NCBI GenBank assembly: GCA_030704615.1
Contig: CM060731.1
Location: 67,580,001 to 67,644,000 of the forward strand
DNA: 64,000 nt
Source of the DNA: Takakia lepidozioides
Lineage: Eukaryota > Plantae > Bryophyta
Reading direction: 5' to 3'
How positions within the stretch are numbered: the first letter of the stretch is position 1; each line of letters opens with the position of its first letter. Below the pieces are notes generated by a model. It did not search any database. It saw only the letters and a list, made by a program, of their open reading frames with translations, and was not told the origin of the DNA. The translations under genes were made by a program, and so were the position numbers. Shown piece after piece: positions 11,482 through 23,100 of the stretch.

Positions 11482-14008
11482 ATGGCTACATTCATTTCTC
11501 ATCCCCCTGCTCCAAAGCACTTAGCTAGAGAGGCCCAAACGATAGCTGAATGGGTGAGAGGCCTAGGGGCGAATGAGGAGCAAGTTGCACAGCTTGTAGG
11601 GGCCCTCAACGAAGACTACTTAGTGTCCATGAAGCACCCTGCAAGAATCACTTGGCCTGCACGTCCTCTACCTGCGAATTTTTGCTTCTTGTGGCGTCGT
11701 CAGGCTGCTGAAGTGCTAGGGTGGGTTGAAAGAAAGGAGGAGGGGCATCCCTCAGGGTTCTCTGCCTCCATCAACGACCTGCTGAGGAAATCTGTGTGGC
11801 CTGACTTTGCTGTGTCTTCTGCAAGTAGCCAAGATGAGGCTCAAAGTGCTAGCAAGGTCACTAGGTAAGTCCACTTCTTCACTTACAAATGAATTTGAAG
11901 GGGAAGCACAATGTCATGAGCATGAATCACCTGTGAGTTTGTTTACAGGGGAATCACTTGACCTGCCCCCTACCTCCTATTCATTGAGGAGCTCTCAGGT
12001 TGAGCACCATGATTTGGCTCGTCATAGCCAAATCCTTCAAGAATGTGGTGGGGCAAACTGTCAAAATTTGATTTGGGGATTTGACTTTGCCCGATGTAAC
12101 ATCTTCCTCCACCCCCCCTGTTTGGCTTTATGGTATTGTACTCGAGACTATATGGGACATTGTGGCAGAGGTGGAATTCTAGCTTGTATCATTTTTCTGT
12201 GATGTAGGCGTGCACTCTGTATCCTCCCACCTGTGTAAATTGGTAGATATAGATGTCGCATTGTCTTGTTCAGTGGAAGACATGTTAAGGGTGGATGTGT
12301 CTGTTATGAATTTGGCCAGTGAGGGGTCAGTTAGCGATGAGTCTGATTCAGATTTCGATCCAGAGGAAGAGGTAAGGACTAATCCTGCTGCTGCTGTTGA
12401 GCCCGATTTATGGGATTTCTGTGTGGACACTGGAGTGCCTACTCATGAGCTTGGTTTGTACAACCTGCCAGAAAATTGGGAAGAGTGGGAAACAACAGAC
12501 AGGTTTAGAGATGACATGTGGAATAATAATGAACAAATGCTGCCAGAGGTAAGATGAACTGGGGGGGCAAGTGGAGGGAGAACTCCATTGGCAGACGATG
12601 CACTGCCTGTGGATTTCTTCAACCTGTTTTGGCCAGTTGTTATCATGCGTAAGATCTGCATATAAACCAACTTGCACGCTGTTCAAGTGAACTCTAAATG
12701 TTAGCGTAAGGGTATGAAAATGTGGTATCCATTGACTGTCAAGGAGCTCAGAACATGGTTGGCTGTCCATATCCTCATGGGAATTAAGAAATTGCCTAAC
12801 ACTAGGCTACATTGGAAGAGTAACATTGAGTTTTTCAAGTGTGAAACAATTGCAAGAATTATGAGCCGAAACAGATGGGAGACATTAATCATGTGGTGCC
12901 TTCACCTTGTTGACAATGCCCACTGTAGTTGTAGATAGTGGACACCCAGGGTATGATAAACTGGCGAAGACAAGGTGGTTGATTGATGCACAAAATGCTT
13001 TGTATGCTGAATTCCACCAGCCTGAGCAGAATCTTTGCATTGACGAGATGATGGTCAAGTACAAGGGCAAGTACTGTAATCTGCAACAGTACATGGCTAA
13101 GAAACCTGTTAAATGGGGAATCAAAGTATGGTGTCTAGCAAGTGCTAAGAGCCGGTATGTTCAGAAGATGGGAAGTATACCTAGGAAAAGAGGAAGGTGT
13201 TGATTTGACTCATGGCATGGGCTACTCGGTAGTTACACGGCTTCTTTCTGATTTTGAAGGTAAATGACACATCGTATCTATGGATAATTTCTTCTCTAGT
13301 CTTGTTCTGTTTTACGATTTGGCTGCAAAAGGGATCTATGCGACTGCCACAGTGAAGACAATCCGTGTGGGTTATCCATCCTGTTTGGACTTGGGCAAGA
13401 AAAGAGAGAGGGGGAGGCTGCAATGGTGTATGCACATTTCGGGGAAGATAGTGGCATTGACATGGTTTGATAAGAAGTGTGTGAACCTGCTGTCCACTGC
13501 AGTCAGCCCCGTTGATCCCAATTGCTACATTCCCCGTTGGCATAATAAGGCAAGACGTCTTGTGCCCACCTCCCCAGTGGTGTAGCACTACCAAGAGCAT
13601 ATGCGAGGAGTCGATGTACAAGACCAATTACGTGGTTATTACAGTGTACAGACCCATGACCACAAGTGGTGGCACAGGTTGTACTTCCATTGTGTATACA
13701 CTAGTTTGGTGAATGGGTATATCTTGTACCGACAATTCATGGTAGCAAGGGGTCGCAAACCTCTCTCGCATTTGCATTTCAATCTAGATGTGGCTAATGG
13801 TTTGTGTGGTGGGTCGGTTGGTCCCAGGAGAACAGTAATGGCAAGGGCGCGTGTACCAAATCGAGGGGCAATCCACTTCTCCATGAAAAGTAGTCGGAGG
13901 AGAAAGTGTATCTCATGTGGTGCAAGGCAGAGGTACATCTGCTCTGTGTATGGAGAAGTCCCCCTGTGCTTGGGAGCATGCTTTGTGAAGCATCACAACA
14001 CTGACTGA
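11482..14008 (+). pseudogene. piggyBac (DDE_Tnp_1_7-type) transposase, inactivated by several stops and frameshifts; probably intron-containing at the 5' end
   Basis: Consecutive ORF pieces give PVDFFNLFWP, LTVKELRTWLAVHILMGI, IMSRNRWE, LCIDEMM(D1)..YMAKKPVKWGIKVW, SMDNFFSS(D2), MRGVDVQDQ(D3), KWWHRLY, LVNGYILY and a C-terminal Cys-rich domain CISC..RYIC..LCLGACFVKHH. The upstream 128-codon ORF ends at the donor ag|gtaagt (11864/11865). Confidence 0.9.
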
Positions 14009-14534
14009 TCTATGTGAGCCTTGCTTTACTAACTCCGTGTTTTGTTGCTCATGCAGAGATGAGGCAGTTCTTTTCAGGGAGGGGATACATTTTTTTTGTT
14101 TCTTCTTATTAAAGGGCATAGGTTGCTGAATCGCTTGGACAGAGTACAAGTTACATAGAGAGTTGCTTGGATAGACTACCTTGATAGGAGTAGAGTAGGC
14201 AGTAGAATGGTTGACTAGGATATGAAGCTGCTGGTAAGTAGCATGTTTGCTGGCTATTATGTTTGTTTTATTGTGATCTGTCAGGAGGGAAATTCAACAC
14301 TTGACATCGTGCTGTCCAATTTTGGGCCTTGTATGTAGCTTGCTGCATTTAGATAGTGCGTTCGGAGTAGCAACCTGTGATAAATATCACTGTAGTCCAT
14401 GCTATGTATGGTGGGCAGGGCTGTAATCTTGTTAGTTCGTAGTTGTAATGAGACAGAGTGTGATGGTTAGAAGTAGTTAGTCCCCTCACCAAGCGGGGGT
14501 GTAGACAAGGGGGGGAGACACGCTCCCCTTTTGT

Positions 14535-14591
14535 TTGCATGTATGGGCTGCCAAAGGGGCAGGTTAGTGGGTTCAAATCCCACCCATGCAA
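14535..14591 (+). other. D-armless tRNA-like fold inside the piggyBac 3' non-coding region
   Basis: TTGCATG/CATGCAA closing stem, CTGCC-aaagg-GGCAG hairpin, and GTGGG-TTCAAAT-CCCAC, a canonical T-arm with a B-box. No A-box or D-arm. Confidence 0.45.
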
Positions 14592-16747
14592 TTCATGTGT
14601 AGATGTGGGTGATTTATGGGAAAGAGAAGGAGGACTAGGTGGAGAGCTCACTTGCTAGAAAACAAGAAACTGTGCATAGCTCACAAAAGAGCATTTCATA
14701 CCCCCTGCACTTTGACCAAGTCCCTGCTTCTGCAAACTGCTCCAATTCAGCTGTTTTTGGGCTTGTAGGAACCAGCAGGACGTGGGGAACATGTATTCGG
14801 GTACAACAAGCCGATTTTTTTCCATCCCGACATGCAAAATCCCACAAATCTCCTTTTTTTTTTTTTTTTTCATAAATTTCCAAAAATGGACCCCACTTGC
14901 AACGGTGGGGTTTTCGCAGTACTTGTCTGATTGGCTCCAAAATTGGGCAGGACCTGCCAGGGGTAGGTGGCTTCATATTGTCCAGTCATTTTTTCAAGAT
15001 TCTTTTTTTTTGAAAAATTACGCTGGTTTTTCTGGCCAGGCCCCGCTTTTTGGTAAAAAGTCCACGGAGGCCTGCGGGTGTTTAGGGGTTAATGGAGTAG
15101 ATGAAGGGTAGAAAACGAATGAGAGAATCATTTATATATACCCACAAAGTCGAATTCTAGCGTTAAAAATCATAAAAGAATCATGCAGAGTCGGACTCAT
15201 GTCTCATTGGAATGGTCATTGTAATGACTTCTCACAATGTCTTATTTCAAGATTGGTTGTGCAAAATGAGATAACCCGTACATTGAAAAAACCATGCTGA
15301 CCGTTATCATCGTAATAAGAACATTCGTCTAATTACAAGTTTAAAAAATCATCTTGATCGTATTTTTAAAAATAATAATAATAATAAAACATCTCTCAAC
15401 CCCTTTAACCCTCTCAACTCACTCATGATAAATTATCTAAGGGAAATTAACTCAATTTTAACTGATTCCGGACTTTTGGCTTAATCTGGACAAAATTTAA
15501 TATAATTTTATATTTAAATTAAATCAAATAATTATAATATTATGAAGCAATGAATCAAGATTAAGTTTTCAAGTCAATGTGCATGTCTCCAAATTCCTTA
15601 AACGTCGACATCAAAGTCGAATGACATACATTAGACAATGCAAATGATATACGTTAATTAGCACAATTTGCATGACTCCAAATTCATTAAACGTCGACAT
15701 CAAAATTGAATGATATACAAAATTTAGCCAATGCAAAGGATATATATTATTTAGCATATATACATTGTACCCCAAAGTAAGACTGTCTTTTTTTAACAAG
15801 CTTTCAACGTGGATATAAGGTTTTAGGGGCATAAAGCTTAAATTTAGAAAAATTATAAGTATGAATCACACAAAATATGTAGGAAAGTTTATGACCTATA
15901 AAAACGTTCAATCAAATAATATTTTAACCATAATTGTATTATACCAAAGCTAGAAAAATGGCTTGAATGAACTTCAAATATTTGAATGAGGTTTAGGGTA
16001 TATGGGTTTGGAGAAATAAAAGTACTATCAAGTACAAAAAAAAATTTGGAAAAGTGTGTAGAACATATAAGAATTTCCAAGTAAATATCCCGATGACTCT
16101 ATCATACGTATAAGCTAGAATAAAACTAATCAATGAGCTTCAAATGTAGAAACTACGTCTTAGGGTATACTAGGGTTTAGAACAAGCAAAAGTGTGAATG
16201 ATACAAATAATGGGATAGTATTTAGGACCAATACAAAAATTCAATTAAATATTCCAACCACTCTTAGGAGGTTGGATGTGGACTTTTTGTTGGTCTGCAA
16301 GGCTACCCTGTGGTGCTACTCGATTGTGCTGCTCTATACATTAAAGAGGCGAGCATAAGTAATGCTCATCTGCCATACCATAATGATATTAGGAAACAGA
16401 GAGAGTTGGGGCAGGTGGTAGGAAACACCACAATTTGGAGCCTGAAGCTCCTAAAACATGATGCAATCTAGTGAAAATATACCACGGTGGTGATTTGTAA
16501 ATAGAGCTCTTCAATTGTAGGAGTACTAACTTGACTGATGCCCTTGTGTGGGATTGGGATTTGGGACTTGTAGCCTTTGAGGTTTGGTTATTTATCCATG
16601 TGGCCTTTCAGGCTTCTTGAATGCTGTGTGTAGCCTTTATGGCATCCATGAGAACATTTTTCCCCATTGGATTTTTGTAGTATGATCGACATTCCAGAGA
16701 CAATTCTTTCATTCAATTAAATATATTGCTCTGTATATTTAAACATA

Positions 16748-17355
16748 GCTTATCATTGAACAATATTAGGGTCTTGAATGCCCGCACGTGTGGCTGCGGC
16801 GATGCCCGCGTGTGGCAGAGGGTGGGAGCGCCCCTACCCGGACCCGACCAGTCTGCTGTTGGGTCTGCCCGGCAAGCTAGTCTGCTGGGGCCCACAAAAC
16901 ACATAAGCTAGTCTGTTGGGGCCCATAATATACACATAAAACATTAGTTATTGTAAAGGTTTGTAGAAAGTGGTGGGTAGTGTGGTGGTTAAAAGCATTG
17001 AATAATAAACACGAGGTTTGGTGTTCAAATTTTGTCAGGTTGTACTACGGCAGTAATGTGTGTTATTAAACATATATTTTGTCAAAGGGTCTGCCAGTCT
17101 GTTGGAGGTTGTGCCCAATCCGCTCGTCGGTCTGCTGGAGGGTCTGCCTGTCCGCTAGAAGGTTGGAGTCGGTCTGTTGGAGGGTCTGCCCAGTCCGCTA
17201 GAAGGTCCGCCGCGGTGGATGAACAATAACTTCGAAAAATTTCAGAAATCTGGCCGACCCGGTGAATGGGCGGTGGACTTATGAGCTCACCCCATGGGCC
17301 GTACTAGCGGGGCCCATAGGTGCATTCAAGACCCTAATATTAAAAAATGAGAGGC
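16748..17355. mobile_element. Mutator-type MITE, copy 1 (608 bp)
   Basis: ~34-bp TIRs (core aatattagggtcttgaatgc / gcattcaagaccctaatatt). Perfect 9-bp TSD TTAAACATA at 16739-16747 and 17356-17364. Homologous end to end to 19118-19728. Confidence 0.9.
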
Positions 17356-17870
17356 TTAAACATATCTGAATATCAAAACGATAAATAAAGTTTACATGAA
17401 TTTTTTTAAAATTGAAATAGGATTAATGGTTTTATAAACTAATCGAATAAAGACACGTGTTAGATGACCTACTAGAACTAGTACAAACCTATAGTGATGA
17501 AGTCATATTTCTAGTCATGAAATATGTCACATGCTACCCTCACTGATGGAATGAGTAATGATATAGTCATAAGTGTAACTTCATAAGGTACAGTCGTGCA
17601 GTCATATACATCCGGGAGGTCACGCGTGTTATGGATAAACCTCTCCATGTTGGCGCTCATCTGTAGTGACGTAGTCGTAAGTGTAGTCATGACACGTAGC
17701 TTTGTAGTCGTATAGTTATGACTACAACACTACACCCCACGTCACTCTGAGTCGTTGGGCAGGTGCCACGTCTGCAGTGACGACCATCACTTCACACTTA
17801 TCACTCCGCAGTGATGGTAGAATTGACGTCGTGTTTGTCACTGCATAGTGATGTAGTCATAATCGCACTT

Positions 17871-18280
17871 AGAGAGGCATGGGAGAATGCAATTGTCCGT
17901 TGTGTGGGAAACCTGAAGACAATATTCAATTTCTGATTCACTGTCCGGGGTTCTTTCACCAAAGATATGTTCTCCTCAACTCTATCAAGGGAATTGTGCC
18001 TATAACTTTGTTTACCAACTTTGAAAGTCTCGAGGCTGAGCCAAAAGCCCAGGCCCAATTGGGGCCTAATTATTGGGCAAACCACACACAACAGATTGAT
18101 GCTTGTGTGAAGGGATTTCTAGAGGATATATGGAAAACCGGGATCAATTGTTTATTTCAAGATAAGTCTTACTACCGACGTCAGCCAAAGGTAGGTTCCA
18201 TCCCTTTGTGTTCCGCTCACACCGGGCGAGGGGTCAATGGCCACAAGGCTACGGCAAACAAAGTCTTATGATTATATTCT
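17871..18280 (+). mobile_element. 5'-truncated LINE, 3'-terminal ~410 bp (CCHC zinc-finger end), same family as 55344-56834
   Basis: GECNCPLCGKPEDNIQFLIHCPGF...VNGHKATANKVL* is collinear with the end of ORF 55350..56642. It ends in ttatgattatattct, like the family terminus ttatgagtacattct. Confidence 0.9.
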
Positions 18281-19117
18281 TAACCTCTGCGTACACAGAG
18301 GTGTGGGGAAGTGTAGTCAGTGGGTGTGGCCATTCTTTATCTGTTACGAGTGGCAAAGATGATGAATCTCCTTCATTCAGACTTGGTCCTATAAAGCCTT
18401 CCACTAAGAGGAATGGCGTGTGTGCCGACGAGAGAAGTAGCGTTTTCTGTTAAAAATAAAAATAAAATAGATAAAAATAATTTCAGCGTTTCTCTCAAAG
18501 AATTTGGAAAACAACACGAAATAGGCGTATATTCTGTTCATCCACTGAAATTCATCTATATTTGTACTTTAATCCATTTATATCATCCATGTTTGGCGAA
18601 TTCGTCCATAATTTATTTTTTATTTGGAGAAGTTTGGCGATTTCATCCATGAAAAAACAAGGAATTTTTGACAGAATATTCTATTTAAGAAAAAGAAAAA
18701 GGTGGACGCGTTGCTGAAGCAAGCGTAACTTATGGTGTCACTTGACCCTATTCCATTTTATTTTTTGAGGTAACGATTTGACGATTTGACGATTTCATCC
18801 ATGAAAAAATAGGGAATTTGCGACAAAATATTCTATTTAATTTTTTGAGGTCGCAATTTGACGATAAATCACCAATAAAAGAATGGCTGGAGCGAAAAGA
18901 GACGACCAAATTGCTATGTAGTAGAGAACGGGCCGTGTTTGGCTGATTCTGCCCTGTAAGCGGCCTTTGGGCGAGCCCTATGGCCACGCACAGGGCAGAG
19001 TCGGCCAACGTGGCCTGTTCACTGGCGTTAAAAGCAGGTGTGGCGGATTCTCGCCGCCACGTGGCGCAATATGATTGAGGTTCGATTATCCCATATGGAT
19101 TGCCCAGATTCAGAGCC

Positions 19118-19728
19118 GCCTCTCATTTAACAATAATAGGGTCATGAATGCTCGCACATGTGGCTGCGACGGGGCCCGCGTGTGGCAGAGGGGGTCGCGG
19201 ACCCCGCCAATCCCCGCCTGTATGCTTGTTGGGTATGCCCGGCAAGCTGGTTTGCTGGGGCCACAAAACACATGAGCTAGTCTGCTGGGCTCACAATATG
19301 CACATAAAGCATTAGTTATCGCATAAATTTGCAAAAAGTGGTGGGTAGTGTGGTGGTTAAGAGCAGTAAATGTTAAGCATGAGATGTGGTGATCAAATCT
19401 CGTTATGTTGTATTGTGGCAATAATGTGTGTTATTAAATGTATGTTTTGTCGAAGTGTCTGCCAGAGTCTGCTGGAGGGGGGTTTGCTTGGAGGGTCTGC
19501 CGGTATGCCCAGTTTGCTGGAAGGTATGCTAGAAGGTTGGAGTTGGTCTATTGGAGGGTATGCCCAGTATGCTAGAAGGTCCGCCACGGTAGATTAACAA
19601 GGACTTAGAAAATTTTCAGAATCTCGCCAACCCCGTGAATGGGCGGTGGGCTTATGAGCTCACCCCAATGGTCGTCCTAGCGGGGCCCGCCCGTGCATTC
19701 ATGACCCTATTATTAAACAATGAGAGGC
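19118..19728. mobile_element. Mutator-type MITE, copy 2 (611 bp)
   Basis: TIRs gcctctcatttaacaataatagggtcatgaatgc / gcattcatgaccctattattaaacaatgagaggc. Degenerate 9-bp TSD ttcagagcc / ctcaaagcc (7 of 9). Confidence 0.85.
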
Positions 19729-20162
19729 CTCAAAGCCCCATAGAGGATATAAAGGGGGAAGAAGGGCGGGTTGTTGGCTCATAACATGGGCCTCGGTGGT
19801 AGGTCTTCCGTCCTCTCTGCGTAATCGACCATCCCTGCCGATTCTGCCTTCGGTGGCCGATTCGGCCTGAGAATTAGGCCGAAAAAGTGGCAGAATCTGC
19901 CTACACCTGCTTTTAACGTATGGTGAATTTTGCCCGAGTTCACCTAGCGATCGGATGAGTCGTGGGATTTCATCCACCCGTGTGTGTGGTGAGGGCGGAT
20001 GTCCGCCCCCACATCCGCCGGGTCCCACAGGGCTGATCCGCACCCGCCTGTGCGTAGTACGAGAGCGTAGCGGCCCAAGACTGCGCCACCGTCAGAAGTC
20101 TTCCCAGAGAGCGAAGAGAGAAGAGAGAGTTCGAGGTTGCTTGTAGCAGTGTGCAATTGGCG

Positions 20163-23100
20163 ATGGTGCTGGACGTGCAGGAGCAACTGGGCAGCAGCAT
20201 GAAAGCACAGGCGCGCCTGGCGCGTATCGCGTCTCATATGCGAGCTGTAGAGGAGGTTGTGTGTGGCATGTGTACAAAATTTAATTGTGAGAGGTGGAGA
20301 GAGAGAATTGCGGACTGATTTTGGTGTATGCGGATGACTACAGGGGCAGGACATGGTGGGGATCCAGAGGGAGGCGACCCGGGCTCGTGGGGCAGCGCCA
20401 GGATTCAAGGTAGCCGTGCTAGGTGCTGCGGGTGGCATCGGGCAGCCGTTATGCCTGCTGCTGAAGATGAATCCGTTGGTGTCTAACCTTCACTTGTATG
20501 ATGTGTTCAACACTCCGGGCGTAACCGCTGACTTGAGCCACACCAACACCTCTACTGTGGTGCGCTTCTATATTTCTCCAAGGCCATAGCATCGTGATTA
20601 CATTCATTTTGATGAAGTACTTGATTAGATCGGTGGGAATTGCTGAGTAACAAGGGTGCGCACTGTTTATGAAACAAGGTGCGAGGCTTCTTAGGCAACG
20701 ATCAGTTGGCAGCAGCGTTGGAGGGGATGGATTTGGTTATAATTCCTGCCGGGGTTCCCAGGAAGCCGGGCATGACTCGTGACGACTTGTTCAAAATTAA
20801 TGCTGGCATTGTGCGCACACTCATTGAAGGTGTTGCCAAGAACTGTCCCCGCGCAATCGTCAACATCATCAGTAACCCCGTCAACTCCACTGTGCCAATT
20901 GCAGCAGAGGTGCTAAAGCTGGCTGGCGTTTATGATCCAAAGCGGCTTTTGGGTGTCACAACTTTGGACGTTGTCCGAGCCAACACTTTCGTGGTGAGTA
21001 AACTGCGTGTTTTTGCATTGTGCTGCACCCCGAAGTGCCTGCGTCCTTCCCCTCTGTTTGCATCTACAGCACTTGACTCGTTTGATGTACGATGAAACAA
21101 ACGTGTAGAAATAATCACAAGGGCATAGCATACCTCTATGCTGGCGGCCTGTGGGAATCCTGAGAGCATGTTATGGGTGGCATTCTTGGCAGAGCCAATG
21201 CTTCGCCATTGGGCAAAGGTGGTGTCACTTGTGACCTGTGGGAAGAAACTGCCGACTAATATTGTCATCAGCCTAGGTTGAAAGACTTCAAGACACAAGC
21301 TTTCTCAAGCACATTTCCACCTGCTCTCACTCACCTGGCATTTGGTGTCTTGGTGATTTATTCTTAGCATATGTGGACAAGAGGTTGAGGGCTGTAGTTT
21401 AGTAAAACTGTCCAGATGGTTACCCCCGTCACAAGGGGTAATTGTACTACAGCAGAGAGTTCACCACTATCAGATGGAGGCGACTCCTCCCAGTATCTGA
21501 CCAGAGTTTGACAGGGTTCCTGAGATGTGGACATGTAATCAGAGCACCTCCTTGCATCTTGAGGCACCACACAATATGTCGGTGAGGCCAACTCTAGTGT
21601 AGACAAATATAATTGGACTACAAGCTGTATAGATTCCACTGGAACACTCTAGTCAAGCAATTACTAGAAGAGGCTATCAGCTACCTCTTGTCTGAACCTC
21701 TTGTCTTCTTGGGTTTTTTTCGTCAGTGAGAGCCTTTTTCTCGTGTCCGAAGAACAAGCTTTCTGACATGATTTCTAGTCCAATGTACAGTTTCAGGCCC
21801 TAATGAATGCTTCTCTCTGAGTGTTGTGCAGGCGGAGGTGATTGGTGTGGATCCAAAGGTTGTTGATGTGCCAGTGGTAGGAGGGCATGCTGGCATAACT
21901 ATTCTTCCAATTCTCTCACAGGTTGGTCAGTCTTTGCTGTGTTGTCATTGTTCAGACATTTGATTGTCTGCAGACCTTCAAGATTGTTCTTTGCTCATAT
22001 TATCCTGATGACTTTGTACATATGTCAACTTGTACTATATATGTATGCTGCCGGGGGAGGTGGAAGTGTTTGTGGTCCCTTTGGCCTTGTCTTACATGGC
22101 TGACTAGTTTACATTTGAGGCCAGGTAACACCTCGATATTCATTCACCAAAGCGGAGGTTGAAGTTTTGACGAATCGGATCCAGAATGGAGGCACAGAAG
22201 TGGTTGAGGTAGGCTGCTCTTGTTGATCAAACTTTGACCCCCAAGACTCTAGCTGCAAGTGTATATGACAGTCTGTGATGGTGAAAGCTGTAAGTGCCTT
22301 GTTCTTGTTTGTTATGTGAGTGTACCAGGAAAAATTTATCTGCGCAGTCAGAAGAGGTTTACCTTGGTACTCCTTTTTCATTTTTCTAAGTGCTCATCAA
22401 TATCACTGGGAGCCAAAACTATTTACATTTTGCAAAGTGAATAATAAGATGCTTTGATGTTTGTGCAGGCAAAGGCAGGGACAGGCTCTGCCACACTATC
22501 AATGGTGGGTAGTTGACTCGCTATGATATGGACAGAACTTCAATTCCAGATGATATGATGCCCACAAATGTTTAGTTGTTGCTATAGTGATCCACGGTGG
22601 TCTGTTTACATGTGAGAGATGGTTGCACCTTACTGATATTGCTTTTGTTTGGGTATCAGGCATATGCTGCTGCTAAGTTTGCAGAGTCCTGTCTTCGCGC
22701 TTTACAAGGGGAAGCTGGCATAGTGGAGTGTGCATTTGTTTCATCCCAGGTAGGACTGATTGTTTTGGTACCCATTCACCCAATAGATAGTCATTTAGAT
22801 GGTGATCTGAACGTTATAATAAACTGACTTTGAATCTTGTATTAGATGGTGGAAACTAACATACTATATTATTCTCTCGTGCACTAGAGGGAGAATTTTG
22901 GGCCATTGTACACACACAATCTTCCCTAATACATGTGGGTCCTCGAACAGGTTACAGAGTTACCTTTTTTCGCCACAAAGGTGAGACTTGGTCGCTCTGG
23001 AGTGGAGGAGATTTTTCCTTTGGGTCCTTTGAACAACTATGAAAGGTCAGTAATGCTGTTTGGCAATTGTTTGTTTGTCCAACCTTGATGCTTTGTCTTA

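Larger units (their letters stand above)
11001..15088 (+). mobile_element. Full-length piggyBac DNA transposon (4088 bp), TTAA target duplication, ~20-bp TIRs
   Basis: TTAA(10997-11000)|CCCCTAAACACCTGCCGGCC ... GGCCTGCGGGTGTTTAGGGG|TTAA(15089-15092), with an internal piggyBac transposase. Confidence 0.95.

Noticed and set aside
14535-14591. Functional tRNA gene
   Set aside because: No D-arm or A-box, and a 5-nt anticodon-position loop. Kept only as a tRNA-like fold.
16713-19597. Short ORFs overlapping the MITE copies
   Set aside because: They are not conserved in frame between the two copies; this is non-coding TE sequence.
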